Positions 46,127-56,668 of a stretch of 64,000 nucleotides of DNA are shown piece after piece (the stretch's first letter is position 1; each line of letters begins with the position of its first letter). The notes beneath the pieces are model-generated. The model was given only the letters and a program-made list of their open reading frames with translations. It was not told the origin of the DNA and did no database searches. Made by a program: the position numbers and the translations under genes. This DNA comes from a bacterium (lineage in GTDB: Bacteria; UBA8248), in NCBI GenBank assembly GCA_965213625.1, contig CBDBZU010000004.1:3904001-3968000 (forward strand). The letters run 5' to 3'.

Positions 46127-46220
46127 GTTGGCTCACCTCAAAAAAGTGGGGGCGATACGAGTAAAGCACCGATCCCGCCGCGAAATGCAGGGATCAGGCC
46201 ATCGGCATCCCGGGTGAGCC

Positions 46221-46604
46221 CTATGTGATTTCCACCTCCGCGCCAACCGCTTTGAGCTTATCGGCGGCAGCATCGGCGTCTTCCTTGGGAACCGCCTCTA
46301 CGACGGCTTGGGGTGCGCTTTCAACCAAGTCCTTCGCCTCCTTGAGACCAAGATTGGTCAGTTCGCGGACGGTTTTGATAACCTTGATTTTTTCCGAACC
46401 AAAAGCTTTGAGGGTGACGGTGAAATCAGTTTGCTCCTCCGCCGCTTCGCCCGCGTCGCCGCCCGCCGCCATTCCCGCTCCGGCCATCATCATGGGCGCG
46501 GCTGCGGTTACGCCGAACTTCTCCTCGAGCTCCTTGACGAATTCGCTCAACTCCATCACCGTCATGTTTTCAATGAAATCGATTACATCTTCTTTGGTTG
46601 CCAC
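46221..46604 (-). CDS. rplL: 50S ribosomal protein L7/L12
   Basis: [23 protein letters not shown]. Confidence 0.97.
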   Translation of the reverse strand: MATKEDVIDFIENMTVMELSEFVKELEEKFGVTAAAPMMMAGAGMAAGGDAGEAAEEQTDFTVTLKAFGSEKIKVIKTVRELTNLGLKEAKDLVESAPQAVVEAVPKEDADAAADKLKAVGAEVEIT

Positions 46605-46714
46605 AATTCGCCCTTTCCTCGCATTCGCAATAAACCACCGGCCAGATCAAGGCCATTATATTTTGGAAAATTTCGCCGTTTGCCCCCTTTTAAGGGCAAA
46701 CAGAAATATTACAC

Positions 46715-47275
46715 TTATTCTTTCTTTTTGGCAATAGCGTCGACAACATTCATGAACTGGGATATGACGCCGCTCAGAACTCTCGGCAGACCCGCCACGG
46801 GGGCCTGCAAGGCGGAGAGCAGCATAGAGAGCAGAACCTCGCGCGAGGGCAGATCCGCGAGCGACTCCACTTCGGCGGTTTCGAGAAACTTGCCGTCCAG
46901 AACCCCGCCCTTGATCTCGCCGACGGATTCTCCCTTCACGAAATCCTTGAGTATCTTAGCGGGCGTCGAGGGATCGCCATCCGTCGTCACGATGGAAATC
47001 GGCCCGACGAGCCTTCCTCGCAACTCCTCGAAACCCGTGCCTTCTACCGCCCGCTCCGCCAGTGAATTCTTGACGACGGAGAGCCGAACGCCCGCCTCGC
47101 GCGTTTGCCGTCTGAGCGTCGTCATCTGCGCGACGCTCAGCCCGCGATAGTCGAACAAAACCAAAGAGGCGCTCTCGTTGAAACGAGTCTGAAGCGTCTC
47201 TATCGCCTCGGTCTTATCGTCGCGGGGCGCCTTACCCGTCGCCAGCCTTCCCTTCTCCACAACTGCTGTCGCCAT
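46715..47275 (-). CDS. rplJ: 50S ribosomal protein L10
   Basis: DYRGLSV, VVKNSL, LADLPSRE; AAGGAGG SD. Confidence 0.95.
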   Translation of the reverse strand: MATAVVEKGRLATGKAPRDDKTEAIETLQTRFNESASLVLFDYRGLSVAQMTTLRRQTREAGVRLSVVKNSLAERAVEGTGFEELRGRLVGPISIVTTDGDPSTPAKILKDFVKGESVGEIKGGVLDGKFLETAEVESLADLPSREVLLSMLLSALQAPVAGLPRVLSGVISQFMNVVDAIAKKKE

Positions 47276-47287
47276 TTCAGGGCCTCC

Positions 47288-47992
47288 TTATTTCAACGCC
47301 GCGAGAAGAGACTGGTGGTCGACTTTCACGCCAGGACCCATCGTGCTGGAAATGATGAGGCCCTTGAAGTACACCCCTTTGCTCGCCGCGGGCTTCGCGC
47401 GCACCAGCGCGTCCACCACCGCCGAGATGTTCTCGGAGAGCGCTTGTTCCTCGAAACTCACTTTCCCGATCGGGGCGTGAATGATGCCCGCCTTGTCTAC
47501 GCGATATTCCACCTTGCCCGCCTTGATCTCCTTGACCATGCGGCCCACGTCGAAGGAGACGGTGCCCGATTTCGGGTTGGGCATCAAACCGCGCGGGCCG
47601 AGCAGCCGCCCGAGCTTGCCCACGACGCTCATGACATCGGGCGTCGCCACCACGCGGTCGAACTCCATCCAGCCGCCCTGAATCTTCTCGGCCAGATCAT
47701 CCGCGCCCACGTATTCGGCGCCCGCCTCTTTGGCCTCGGCCACCTTCTCGCCTTTGGCGAACGCCACGACGCGCTCTTCTTTGCCGATACCGTTGGGCAG
47801 TACGACGCTTCCCCTCACCATTTGCTCCGCATGGCGCGGGTCGACGCCGAGCTTGGCGGTGATCTCGACGGTCTCGTCGAACTTCGCCGTGGATATCTCC
47901 TTCACGAGACCAACGGCTTCAGAGAGCGGAATCTGTTTTTCCCGATCGATTCGCTCCCGGCCTTGGTTGTAATTCTTACCGTGCTTGGGCAT
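47288..47992 (-). CDS. rplA: 50S ribosomal protein L1
   Basis: [28 protein letters not shown]. Confidence 0.97.
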   Translation of the reverse strand: MPKHGKNYNQGRERIDREKQIPLSEAVGLVKEISTAKFDETVEITAKLGVDPRHAEQMVRGSVVLPNGIGKEERVVAFAKGEKVAEAKEAGAEYVGADDLAEKIQGGWMEFDRVVATPDVMSVVGKLGRLLGPRGLMPNPKSGTVSFDVGRMVKEIKAGKVEYRVDKAGIIHAPIGKVSFEEQALSENISAVVDALVRAKPAASKGVYFKGLIISSTMGPGVKVDHQSLLAALK

Positions 47993-48010
47993 TTGCCTGA
48001 CTCCTCCATC

Positions 48011-48046
48011 GTGGTTCGAACGACGCCCGACCAGAGCGCCTCCCAC
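48011..48046 (-). promoter_or_regulatory. Candidate L1-binding mRNA leader before rplA
   Basis: Minus strand GTGGGAG-stem(GGCGCTC/GGGCGTC)-GAACCAC directly 5' of the rplA SD; resembles L1 autoregulatory sites. Confidence 0.55.
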
Positions 48047-48059
48047 CTGGTTCGAAAAA

Positions 48060-48485
48060 CTACCCGCTGACCTCGATTCCCATGCTGCGGGCCGTGCCCT
48101 CTATAATCCGGACGGCCCCTTCGAGGTCGGCGCTGTTCAAGTCCTCTTTCTTGATTTCCGCGATTTCCTCGAGCTGTTTGCGCGTCACGCTGCCCACGCC
48201 TTCGCGCCCGGGTTCGGAGGATCCCTTCGCCAGGGCGGCGGCTTGTTTGAGAAGAGCGGAGGCGGGCGGACTCTTCATAATGAAGGTGAAGCTCTTGTCC
48301 GCATATACCGAGAGCACGACCGGTATGATGGTGCCTTCCTTGCCCTGGGTCTGCGCGTTGAAGGCCTTGCAGAACTCCATGATGTTCACGCCCTGCTGGC
48401 CGAGCGCAGGCCCGACGGGCGGAGCGGGGTTCGCCTGACCGGCCGGTATTTGAAGTTTGATGATGCCAACCGCTTCTTTCGCCAT
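48060..48485 (-). CDS. rplK: 50S ribosomal protein L11
   Basis: [26 protein letters not shown]. Confidence 0.97.
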   Translation of the reverse strand: MAKEAVGIIKLQIPAGQANPAPPVGPALGQQGVNIMEFCKAFNAQTQGKEGTIIPVVLSVYADKSFTFIMKSPPASALLKQAAALAKGSSEPGREGVGSVTRKQLEEIAEIKKEDLNSADLEGAVRIIEGTARSMGIEVSG

Positions 48486-48602
48486 TTTTCCCTCTCAAAC
48501 AGCATAAGCCTGACGTTTCGCCCGGGCTTTGCTTCTCTCTATCTCCAGAAAGCGGCGATTCCGCGCGACTGCGCGAAGCCACGTCCCCGATGAGCCTTCT
48601 CC

Positions 48603-49130
48603 CTATACCTTCTCCACCTGGAGCATCTCGAGTTCCACAGGCGTCGCGCGACCGAAAATGCTGACCATGACCTTGAGTTTGCCCCTGTCGGCGTGAACTT
48701 CGTCGATCTCGCCGGTGAAATTGACGAAAGGCCCGTCTATCACCCGGATGTTCTCGCCTTTTTCGAAATCAATCTTGGGCTTGGGCTTCTCGGCCTCTCC
48801 ACTCATCTGCTTGAGGATGTTTTCCATCTCGGCTTCGGAGAGAGGACTCGGGCTGGTTCCGCCCAGAAAACCCGTCACTTTCGGCGTGTTCTTGACGACA
48901 TACCAGGTGTCTTCGTCGCACTCCATCTTGATCAGGATGTAGCCGGGGAAGAATTTACGGGAACTCGTGCGCCTCTTCCCGCCCTTCACCTTTACTATCT
49001 GCTCGGTGGGAACCACGATTTCACCGAGTTTCTCCTCGTACGCTTCCCCGCGAAACTGCTCTTCGATCGAGCGCTTTACCTTGTTTTCAAAACCCGAATA
49101 GGTGTGCACTACATACCAGTTCATGGACAT
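48603..49130 (-). CDS. nusG: Transcription factor NusG
   Basis: WYVVHTYSG, FFPGYI, IFGRATPVEL. Confidence 0.97.
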   Translation of the reverse strand: MSMNWYVVHTYSGFENKVKRSIEEQFRGEAYEEKLGEIVVPTEQIVKVKGGKRRTSSRKFFPGYILIKMECDEDTWYVVKNTPKVTGFLGGTSPSPLSEAEMENILKQMSGEAEKPKPKIDFEKGENIRVIDGPFVNFTGEIDEVHADRGKLKVMVSIFGRATPVELEMLQVEKV

Positions 49131-49144
49131 GCCGGAATCCTGAC

Positions 49145-49360
49145 CTAGAAGCCGAAATTAAGGAAATAACTGACAGCCCGGGACAACGCCAAGTCGACGA
49201 GCCCCAAATATATCGCAATGATGAAGACGAACACGAGGGCGACGGCGGTTTGCGCCGCCGTCTGGCGCATACCGAGCCACGTCACGCGCTTCGCTTCGCT
49301 CTGCACGTCGCGCAGGAAGGTGCGCCCCAGATGAATCCAGCCCATCACCTTATTCGTCAT
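49145..49360 (-). CDS. secE: Preprotein translocase SecE
   Basis: EAKRVTW plus one TM helix; lies between tRNA-Trp and nusG. Confidence 0.9.
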   Translation of the reverse strand: MTNKVMGWIHLGRTFLRDVQSEAKRVTWLGMRQTAAQTAVALVFVFIIAIYLGLVDLALSRAVSYFLNFGF

Positions 49361-49420
49361 TCATTTATTCTCCGCAGCCGCTTCCGAGGCTTTCGAGCCA
49401 ATGTTCAACCGTCGGGTTGA

Positions 49421-49496
49421 TGGCAGGCCAGGAGGGACTCGAACCCCCAACCGCCGGATTTGGAGTCCGGTGCTCTACCAATTGAGCCACTGGCCT
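49421..49496 (-). tRNA. tRNA-Trp(CCA)
   Basis: Cloverleaf AGGCCAG...CTGGCCT-GCCA, anticodon loop CTCCAAA, GTTCGA T-loop. Confidence 0.96.
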
Positions 49497-49537
49497 GTGC
49501 AAACCTTTATGATTCTGAAACGACCGCTATGCCTATC

Positions 49538-50716
49538 CTACTCGACGACCTCTGTGACGACGCCGGCCCCTACCGTGCGGCCCCCCTCGCGTATCGCGAA
49601 GCGAAGCTCGCGCTCCATCGCTATCGGCGTTATCAACTCCACGTCCAGCGACACGTTGTCGCCCGGCATCACCATCTCACGACCCTCGGGCAGCGTCACC
49701 AGTCCCGTCACGTCCGTCGTACGGAAATAAAACTGCGGCCTGTAGCCGTTGAAAAACGGCGTGTGACGACCGCCCTCTTCTTTCGTCAGAATGTATACCT
49801 CGCCCTTGAACTTCAGGTGCGGCATGATCGAGGCAGGCTGCGCCAGCACCTGGCCGCGCTCTATCTCGTCTTTCTTCACGCCCCGGAGCAGTACGCCCAC
49901 GTTGTCGCCCGCCTGACCCTGGTCCAGGAGTTTCCGGAACATCTCCACGCCCGTCGCAACCGTCTTGCGCGTGTCCGTGATGCCCACTATCTCCACCTCA
50001 TCGCCCACGTTCACGATCCCCCGCTCCACGCGGCCCGTCGCCACCGTCCCGCGGCCCGATATCGAGAACACGTCCTCCACAGGCATCAGGAACGGCTTGT
50101 CCACGTCGCGCACCGGTTCCGGGATGTAGCCGTCCACCGCCTCCATCAAATCGTCTATCGAGGAGGTATCCGTCCCCTCCAGGGCGCGAAGCGCCGAACC
50201 CGGAACCACAGGTATGTCGTCGCCCGGGAACTCATACGTCGAGAGCAACTCGCGGACTTCCAGCTCCACCAGCTCCAGAAGCTCCTCGTCGTCCACCATG
50301 TCCACCTTGTTCAGGTACACGCAGATGTAGGGAACACCCACCTGGCGAGCCAGCAATATGTGCTCGCGCGTCTGAGGCATCGGTCCGTCCGCCGCCGATA
50401 CCACCAGGATCGCGCCGTCCATCTGCGCAGCGCCCGTTATCATGTTCTTCACGTAGTCCGCATGGCCCGGACAGTCAACGTGCGCGTAGTGGCGGTTGTC
50501 CGTCTCGTACTCCACGTGCGCCGTCGCTATCGTGATCCCGCGCTCGCGCTCCTCGGGCGCCTTGTCGATCTCGTCGAATCCGATCTCCTCCGCCATCCCC
50601 TTCTGTGAGAGGTGCTTCGTGATCGCGGCCGTCAACGTCGTCTTCCCATGGTCCACGTGTCCTATCGTCCCTACGTTCACGTGCGGCTTCGTGCGCTCAA
50701 ACTTCGCCTTCGCCAT
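49538..50716 (-). CDS. tuf: Elongation factor Tu (tRNA cluster copy)
   Basis: Same protein as 33323-34501; ATG at 50716. Confidence 0.98.
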   Translation of the reverse strand: MAKAKFERTKPHVNVGTIGHVDHGKTTLTAAITKHLSQKGMAEEIGFDEIDKAPEERERGITIATAHVEYETDNRHYAHVDCPGHADYVKNMITGAAQMDGAILVVSAADGPMPQTREHILLARQVGVPYICVYLNKVDMVDDEELLELVELEVRELLSTYEFPGDDIPVVPGSALRALEGTDTSSIDDLMEAVDGYIPEPVRDVDKPFLMPVEDVFSISGRGTVATGRVERGIVNVGDEVEIVGITDTRKTVATGVEMFRKLLDQGQAGDNVGVLLRGVKKDEIERGQVLAQPASIMPHLKFKGEVYILTKEEGGRHTPFFNGYRPQFYFRTTDVTGLVTLPEGREMVMPGDNVSLDVELITPIAMERELRFAIREGGRTVGAGVVTEVVE

Positions 50717-50945
50717 GGCTTGCCTTCTCCTTCTGATGAATAATCCAAAAGTAACATATTCCAGGAGAGAGGAACCATTTCCCCTCATTCTCGTCATTTC
50801 CGAAAAACGCGCCTTTATACCCGCTCGGGCGAATCTTTGTCCATCGCCAAAGGGAAACTCTACGAACCCGAGGGATTCCAAGGCGTTTCATGCGATTTGC
50901 AGGATAATGCACAAAGTTCAAAATTTCAATGAAATCCGCCTGCCC

Positions 50946-51021
50946 TGGAGCCCACGACCGGACTTGAACCGGTGACCTCTTCCTTACCAAGGAAGTGCTC
51001 TGCCGGCTGAGCTACGTGGGC
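50946..51021 (-). tRNA. tRNA-Thr(GGT)
   Basis: GCCCACG...CGTGGGC-TCCA, anticodon loop TTGGTAA. Confidence 0.96.
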
Positions 51022-51209
51022 CGGCTGCGTCCCGGGCGTGCGTACTTCATGTATTTCAGCTATTTCAGCCGGAACAACTTCAGCGAACGATGACCCCGGC
51101 ATTCGTTCCGGGCGGATAATACAGCTTATTCCGGCCAGAGCAACCCCGGGAGCCGAAATCCGCACGAATAAAATTCATATCAAGAAAAGGCGAGAGCCTC
51201 GAATCATCC

Positions 51210-51285
51210 TGGAGCGGGAAACGGGGCTCGAACCCGCGACCCTCAGCTTGGAAGGCTGATGCTCTACCATCTGAGCTATTCCCGC
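51210..51285 (-). tRNA. tRNA-Gly(TCC)
   Basis: GCGGGAA...TTCCCGC-TCCA, anticodon loop CTTCCAA. Confidence 0.96.
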
Positions 51286-51332
51286 CTCTGAACCTAAAGC
51301 GCGTGTCCTAGTCGTCTCAACAATTCATCTAC

Positions 51333-51417
51333 TGGTGGGGAGGGGAGGATTCGAACCTCCGAAGGCTGAGCCGTCAGATTTACAGTCTGATCCCTTTGGC
51401 CACTCGGGAACCTCCCC
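51333..51417 (-). tRNA. tRNA-Tyr(GTA)
   Basis: GGGGAGG...CCTCCCC-ACCA, loop CTGTAAA, long variable arm. Confidence 0.96.
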
Positions 51418-51580
51418 TGGTAACCGCCGTTCAACAAAACAGCCATAAAGCCTATCAATAAAACCTCGCGGGAACCATCCGTTCCCCGAAGCCGCGATAT
51501 CCATCTTCACCCGATGAGGGAAAACGCGTGCGAACGCCAGCCGGAATTCCTGAGCGAGGTTCGGGAGGCGAGTCCCGCCG

Positions 51581-51656
51581 TGGAGCTGGCGAGAGGACTC
51601 GAACCTCCGACCTGCTGATTACAAATCAGCTGCTCTACCAGCTGAGCTACGCCAGC
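51581..51656 (-). tRNA. tRNA-Thr(TGT)
   Basis: GCTGGCG...CGCCAGC-TCCA, loop TTTGTAA. Confidence 0.96.
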
Positions 51657-51670
51657 CAACAAAGGCGGGT

Positions 51671-51699
51671 AAATTAGGCCCACCGGCGCACCTTGTCAA
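51671..51699 (-). promoter_or_regulatory. sigma70 promoter of the tRNA-tuf cluster
   Basis: TTGACA-17 nt-TAATTT followed by a GC-rich discriminator. Confidence 0.7.
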
Positions 51700-51789
51700 C
51701 CCCTTTATCCTACCAGAGGGAGTGATTAGCAAGAAGTACGCGGTCAGGCGTTCGATTCTCATAAATCAAGATGTTCGCGATGGTTTGTT

Positions 51790-52554
51790 CTAGGCCTGCG
51801 CCGCGCCCTCGTCGACCACGCGATTCTCGCGCACCCCGTGGAGAAGAATCGCCGCGGCGACCGAGGCGTTCAGCGAAGACACCACGCCCTCCTGGATGGG
51901 AATCCGCACGCGCGCGTCGCAATGTTTGAGCACGAGCGGCCGCACGCCCCTGCCCTCCGCCCCGATGACCAGACAACAGGGCCGTGGCAGTTCGTCGACG
52001 CCAAGTGTCTTGTCCCCGTGCGCGTCCGCCGCCAGCGCCCAATAGCCCGCCTCCTTGAGCGTCGTGACGGCGCGGGCCAGATTCGTCACGCGAGAGAGAA
52101 GTACGACCTCAAGCGCGCCTGCGGCCGCCTTCGCAACGACGGGCGTGAGACCCACGGCGTTATCCTTCGGCCAGACGACGCCGCCCGCGCCCAGGGCCGC
52201 AGCACTCCTCAAGATGGCGCCGAAATTCCTCGGGTCCTGCACGCCGTCGAGCAACAGAATCGGCGGAGTTGCCGCGGGCTGCGCCTCAATGAGGTCTTCG
52301 AGCGAAAGAAGCGGCGTGGGATAAACCTCCGCCACCAGGTTTTGATGCTGTGCGGTGGCGACTTTTTGTGTGAGTTGCTTGGGATCGAGCGCCTCGATGG
52401 GGACCCCGCGTGATTCGGCGTGCCGCACCGCCTCGGCGACCCTGCGGCTCCGGCGGCTACCGGCTATAAACAATCGCTTCACACGCTCCGGCCCGCGCTC
52501 CAGGGCCGCCGGCACGCTGTGCGCGCCGCAGACGTATTCGGGTTTGCGTTTCAA
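51790..52554 (-). CDS. rlmB: 23S rRNA Gm2251 methyltransferase RlmB
   Basis: LDGVQDPRNFGAILRSA, IGAEGRG, SLNASVA; start uncertain (TTG 52554 or GTG 52599). Confidence 0.9.
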   Translation of the reverse strand: MKRKPEYVCGAHSVPAALERGPERVKRLFIAGSRRSRRVAEAVRHAESRGVPIEALDPKQLTQKVATAQHQNLVAEVYPTPLLSLEDLIEAQPAATPPILLLDGVQDPRNFGAILRSAAALGAGGVVWPKDNAVGLTPVVAKAAAGALEVVLLSRVTNLARAVTTLKEAGYWALAADAHGDKTLGVDELPRPCCLVIGAEGRGVRPLVLKHCDARVRIPIQEGVVSSLNASVAAAILLHGVRENRVVDEGAAQA

Positions 52555-52624
52555 CCGCCAAGCTCTTCGGCGAGGCGTGAAGACGTGGCGCGCGCGCACC
52601 CCCTGGCCTCGCCCGCCCGGTACG

Positions 52625-54088
52625 TCACGGCACCCTTCGCTTCCAGAGGGTGCCACCGGGGCCGTCTTCCAGGACAATGCCGGCCTCTGCGAGTTCTTCG
52701 CGGATACGGTCGGCCTCGGGGAAATCCCTGCTCGCCCGCGCCTGCGCGCGTCTTTCGAGCAACGCATCTATCTCCTCGTCGCGCAAGGAGCCGTTCTGGT
52801 ACTCATCCCCATCTTCGGGCGAAACGCTCGCAGCGCTTCGGAACCACTCCTCGGGCGAATGGGTGAACAGACCCAGAACCCCGCCCACCTCTTCAAAGAC
52901 GCCGCGCGCAAGAGCGGCCGCGGATTCGGGCAGCGCGCCCGCCTTGTTGATGAAGCCGTTTACCCGGCGTGCGAAGTCGAAGAGATACCCCAGGGCGCGC
53001 GCGGTGTTGAAGTCATCGTCCATTGCTTCCACAAACTGCGTCCGGAAGGCGGCGACCTCCTCCTCCATCCGGTCGCGCCAGCCGCCGGCGTCTTCCCCGC
53101 CGCTTCGCGCGAGCCTGAGACGCACGTTATAGAGCCTGTCCAGCCCTTTTCGCGCCTCGCCCACCACCTGATCCGAATAATCCACCGGATGTCTGTAGTG
53201 AGTCCCCAGCAGGAAATAGCGAATCACCTCGGCGGGATGGTCCTCGAGAATCGCCTTGATGGTGAAGAAGTTGCCCTTCGATTTGCTCATCTTCTCGTGG
53301 TTGATCTGCACGAAGCCGTTGTGCACCCAATAGCGCACCCACTCGTGGCCATAACAACCCTCGCTCTGCGCTATCTCGTTCTCGTGGTGGGGGAACACCA
53401 GATCCTCGCCGCCGCCATGGATGTCGAAGCACTCGCCCAGGTAGCGGCTCGACATGACGGAGCACTCGATGTGCCAGCCGGGCCGGCCTGGCCCCCAGGG
53501 ACTCTCCCATTCGGGCTCGCCGGGTTTCGCCGCCTTCCACAGGGCGAAATCGAGCGGGTTGCGCTTGCCCTCGCCCGGTTCGATGCGGTGGCCCGCCTCG
53601 AGTTCCTCGGTGTTGCGGCCCGAGAGCTTGCCGTAGTCTACGAATTTCTCAATGTCGTAGTAGACGTTGCCCGCCATATCGTAGGCGATTCCCTTCTCGA
53701 TGAGCTTTTCGATCATTTCGATCATGCCGTCGATGTTCTCCGTGGCGCGCGGGGCGGCGTCCGCCCGCTGAACACCGAGCGCGTCCATATCGACGTAATA
53801 CTCGCCAATGAATTTTTCGGTCAGCTCGCCGATGGGAATCTTAAGACGCCGGGCGCGGGCGATGATCTTGTCGTCCACGTCGGTAAAATTGCACACGAAA
53901 AGAACATCGTAGCCCCGGTATTCGAAATAGCGGTGAATCACGTCGAAGACGATGGCGGCGCGCGCGTGCCCGAGATGGCAGTGGTCGTACACCGTCACGC
54001 CGCAGACGTACATCTTCACGCGGCCTTCTTCCATGGGCTCGAAGGGTTCTTTCTTTCTCGTCAACGTGTTGTATAGCTGAAGACCCAA
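52625..54088 (-). CDS. cysS: Cysteinyl-tRNA synthetase
   Basis: CGVTVYD, HLGH, GWHIEC, KMSKS; TTG start at 54088. Confidence 0.96.
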   Translation of the reverse strand: MGLQLYNTLTRKKEPFEPMEEGRVKMYVCGVTVYDHCHLGHARAAIVFDVIHRYFEYRGYDVLFVCNFTDVDDKIIARARRLKIPIGELTEKFIGEYYVDMDALGVQRADAAPRATENIDGMIEMIEKLIEKGIAYDMAGNVYYDIEKFVDYGKLSGRNTEELEAGHRIEPGEGKRNPLDFALWKAAKPGEPEWESPWGPGRPGWHIECSVMSSRYLGECFDIHGGGEDLVFPHHENEIAQSEGCYGHEWVRYWVHNGFVQINHEKMSKSKGNFFTIKAILEDHPAEVIRYFLLGTHYRHPVDYSDQVVGEARKGLDRLYNVRLRLARSGGEDAGGWRDRMEEEVAAFRTQFVEAMDDDFNTARALGYLFDFARRVNGFINKAGALPESAAALARGVFEEVGGVLGLFTHSPEEWFRSAASVSPEDGDEYQNGSLRDEEIDALLERRAQARASRDFPEADRIREELAEAGIVLEDGPGGTLWKRRVP

Positions 54089-54179
54089 ATGACTCTCTCC
54101 AAAAATCGCATGGTCGTGGGGATAAAATGTTTTTCGGGTCACGTCCGGGGGGAAATTTGTCATGCTCCGCCGATGGGCG

Positions 54180-54662
54180 TCAAGGAGACTTCTCGCTTAT
54201 CGTGCAAACCGCATGCGCCGCGACGCCCTCCTCGCGTCCCGCGAAGCCGAGTCCCTCGCCCGTCGTGGCCTTGATACCCACCCGATCAGGGGGAATTCCC
54301 AGAATGGAGGAGATGACCTCTCGCATCCCGGGGATATGGGGGGCGAGTTTCGGTCTTTGCGCCACGACGACGGAATCCACGTTGCCCGGCCTCATGCCTC
54401 TCTCTTCGAGAAGCGCCACCACGCGCGCGAGGAGTTCCCGGCTGTCCGCGCCGCGATAGGCCTCGTCCGTATCGGGGAAATGCGCGCCGATGTCACCAAG
54501 GGCCGCCGCGCCCAGGAGCGCGTCGATGATGGCGTGGATGAGCGCATCGGCGTCGGAGTGCCCGGCGAGTCCGCGCTCGTGGGGAATCTCCACGCCGCCG
54601 AGCGTGAGCTTGCGACCCGTCTCGAAGCGGTGGACATCGTAGCCTACCCCGACGCGAATCAA
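54180..54662 (-). CDS. ispF: MEcDP synthase
   Basis: GYDVH, HSDAD, DIGAHFPD, KATTGE. Confidence 0.95.
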   Translation of the reverse strand: MIRVGVGYDVHRFETGRKLTLGGVEIPHERGLAGHSDADALIHAIIDALLGAAALGDIGAHFPDTDEAYRGADSRELLARVVALLEERGMRPGNVDSVVVAQRPKLAPHIPGMREVISSILGIPPDRVGIKATTGEGLGFAGREEGVAAHAVCTISEKSP

Positions 54663-55423
54663 GCGGACATCTCCTCTTCGGCGTTTTCCTCAAACGCCAT
54701 CAGCCGCGCGGCGCGCTCCATGTCGCCGGGCGTCGTCACCTTGATGTTCTGCGCGCTTCCCTCCACGAGCCTTACCCGAACACCGACCGCCTCGAGCAGG
54801 GACGCCTCGTCGGTTCCTTCGAAATCATTCGCGTCCGCCCACTCCATCGCACGGGCGAGCAGTTCACGCCGCGCCACCTGGGGCGTCTGGGCGAGCCAGA
54901 GGCCCTCTCGCGGGCGCGTATCTTCGATGAATCCCTCGGCGTCGCCCGTCTTCACCGTATCCACCACGCGCAGGGCCGCTATGGCGGCGCCCGTCTCCCC
55001 CGCGCCGAGCAGGCACCTCTCTATGAGTTCGCGCGTCACCAGCGGCCGCGCCCCGTCGTGCACGACCACCCAGGAGACTTCATCTCCGAGAGCGGCGAGC
55101 CCGTTTCGCACCGAATCCTGACGGCGCGCGCCGCCTTCGACAAGGTGAATCTCCGCGTCCAGTCCTTCGGGAAGAACGGGCGGGTCCGAGCCGGGGGGAA
55201 TCGCCACGACGATCCGGCCCACGAGTCTCGTGTGCGCGATTCGTAATATACAATGGTGGAACAGGGGCTTTCCGGCGAGACTTCGGAACTGTTTCGCCAC
55301 CGAGCCGGGCAGGCGCAACCCTTTGCCTGCGGCGGGCACAATGGCCGCCGTCTCATCCGGCTTCGGCAACTCAGGAGAAGAGCAAGCGCTCTCAGGCGCC
55401 GGTTCGCGATTGTACGGTTTCAT
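54659..55423 (-). CDS. ispD: MEP cytidylyltransferase
   Basis: [32 protein letters not shown]; start may lie further downstream. Confidence 0.93.
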   Translation of the reverse strand: MKPYNREPAPESACSSPELPKPDETAAIVPAAGKGLRLPGSVAKQFRSLAGKPLFHHCILRIAHTRLVGRIVVAIPPGSDPPVLPEGLDAEIHLVEGGARRQDSVRNGLAALGDEVSWVVVHDGARPLVTRELIERCLLGAGETGAAIAALRVVDTVKTGDAEGFIEDTRPREGLWLAQTPQVARRELLARAMEWADANDFEGTDEASLLEAVGVRVRLVEGSAQNIKVTTPGDMERAARLMAFEENAEEEMSA

Positions 55424-56471
55424 CTCGTATTTTCGTAAAAATCATCCGGCCTGCGGTGGTCTGCAGAACGCTCGTCACAGAGACGGGGATTTGCTCGCCG
55501 ATGCGATGCTTCGCATGGTCCACCACCACCATGGTCCCATCGTCGAGATAACCGACACCCTGGTTATGTTCCTTGCCTTCCTTGATGATATAGACGCTCA
55601 TGTCCTCGCCGGGCAGAACAACCGGCTTTACCGCGTTGGCCAGTTCGTTGATGTTGAGAACCCGCACCCCCTGAAGCTCGGCCACCTTGTTCAGGTTGAA
55701 ATCGTTGGTCATCACCATACCGCATATCTCCTTGCCCAGGAGCACGAGCTTGGTGTCCACTTCTTTCACGCGGGGGAAATCCGTCTCCAGAATTTGAATA
55801 TCGAGGTCCTGGTTCTGCTGGATCCGCTGGAGGACGTCGAGCCCGCGGCGTCCGCGGTTGCGCTTCAGGGAATCCGAAGAATCGGCTATCTGCTGTAATT
55901 CCTTGAGTACGAACTGGGGCACCACCATGGGACCCTCGACGAAGCCCGCCTCGCAGATGTCGGCGATGCGTCCGTCGATGATGACGCTGGTGTCGAGAAT
56001 CTTGGCGTGATGATTTTTCTTACCGGTTGCATCTTTCCCTTTCTCGGGGGTAGTCGTTGAAAACCTGCTTCCCGCTACGGATCCGAGAATGACGCCCAGT
56101 GCGCCGAGAAACAAACCCATAGCGGCGTCAGCCAAGGGGCGGACGGTTTGCGGAAATATCTCGCCAATGAGAGAACACACCAGCAAGGCAGCCAGAAGAC
56201 CGAAGAGCAGGCCCGATGCCCCGCCGGCCAGAACGCCGACCTCGAGCTTGCCTAATTCCTTCGCGAGCACCAACAACAGAACGCCCGCCAAAACACCCGC
56301 AGCCATACCGACTATGCGGCCCACCAATACCAAGGCTTCTGCAAGCAACCCTCCCATGACGGCGCAAAGGATGATGAAGAGAGCGCTTAGAATCAGGCCC
56401 AAGCGGCTCGGTTTCTCCTCTATCTCCACCGGTATCGTCTCAACCGGCATCTTCTTGGTGGACTCATTCAT
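55392..56471 (-). CDS. Membrane PIN/TRAM-domain protein (YacL-like)
   Basis: N-terminal TM helices, [39 protein letters not shown]. Confidence 0.92.
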   Translation of the reverse strand: MNESTKKMPVETIPVEIEEKPSRLGLILSALFIILCAVMGGLLAEALVLVGRIVGMAAGVLAGVLLLVLAKELGKLEVGVLAGGASGLLFGLLAALLVCSLIGEIFPQTVRPLADAAMGLFLGALGVILGSVAGSRFSTTTPEKGKDATGKKNHHAKILDTSVIIDGRIADICEAGFVEGPMVVPQFVLKELQQIADSSDSLKRNRGRRGLDVLQRIQQNQDLDIQILETDFPRVKEVDTKLVLLGKEICGMVMTNDFNLNKVAELQGVRVLNINELANAVKPVVLPGEDMSVYIIKEGKEHNQGVGYLDDGTMVVVDHAKHRIGEQIPVSVTSVLQTTAGRMIFTKIRDETVQSRTGA

Positions 56472-56668
56472 ATATGCTTCTCCCGCAGTATCTTATGATG
56501 AAAAATAACCTTGCTAGTTTAAAACAACCTTGCTTCGTTATGGTTTCGTGCCAATCAAATTCGCGTTCGACGGCAAAATAACCTGTTCAGGTCACTAAAC
56601 ATACGGCGTCGAGTAATGGGCAGGAGCGGTCCAGGCTGATCGATTCAGGATCAAGACGTAAAAAATGA

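Noticed and set aside
36613-46228. Long plus-strand ORFs opposite rpsG/rpsL/rpoBC (also opposite cysS, tuf and the carboxyltransferase)
   Set aside because: Antisense frames of well-supported genes; high GC3 suppresses stop codons.
50717-50881. 55-aa N-terminal extension on the second EF-Tu
   Set aside because: A strong SD precedes ATG 50716 and is shared with the other copy; the extension is an ORF-caller artefact.
56531-56554. TTGGCACG sigma54 -24 element upstream of the PIN/TRAM gene
   Set aside because: No GC at the -12 position. The nearby AACCTTGCT direct repeat (56507, 56526) is too weak to call.
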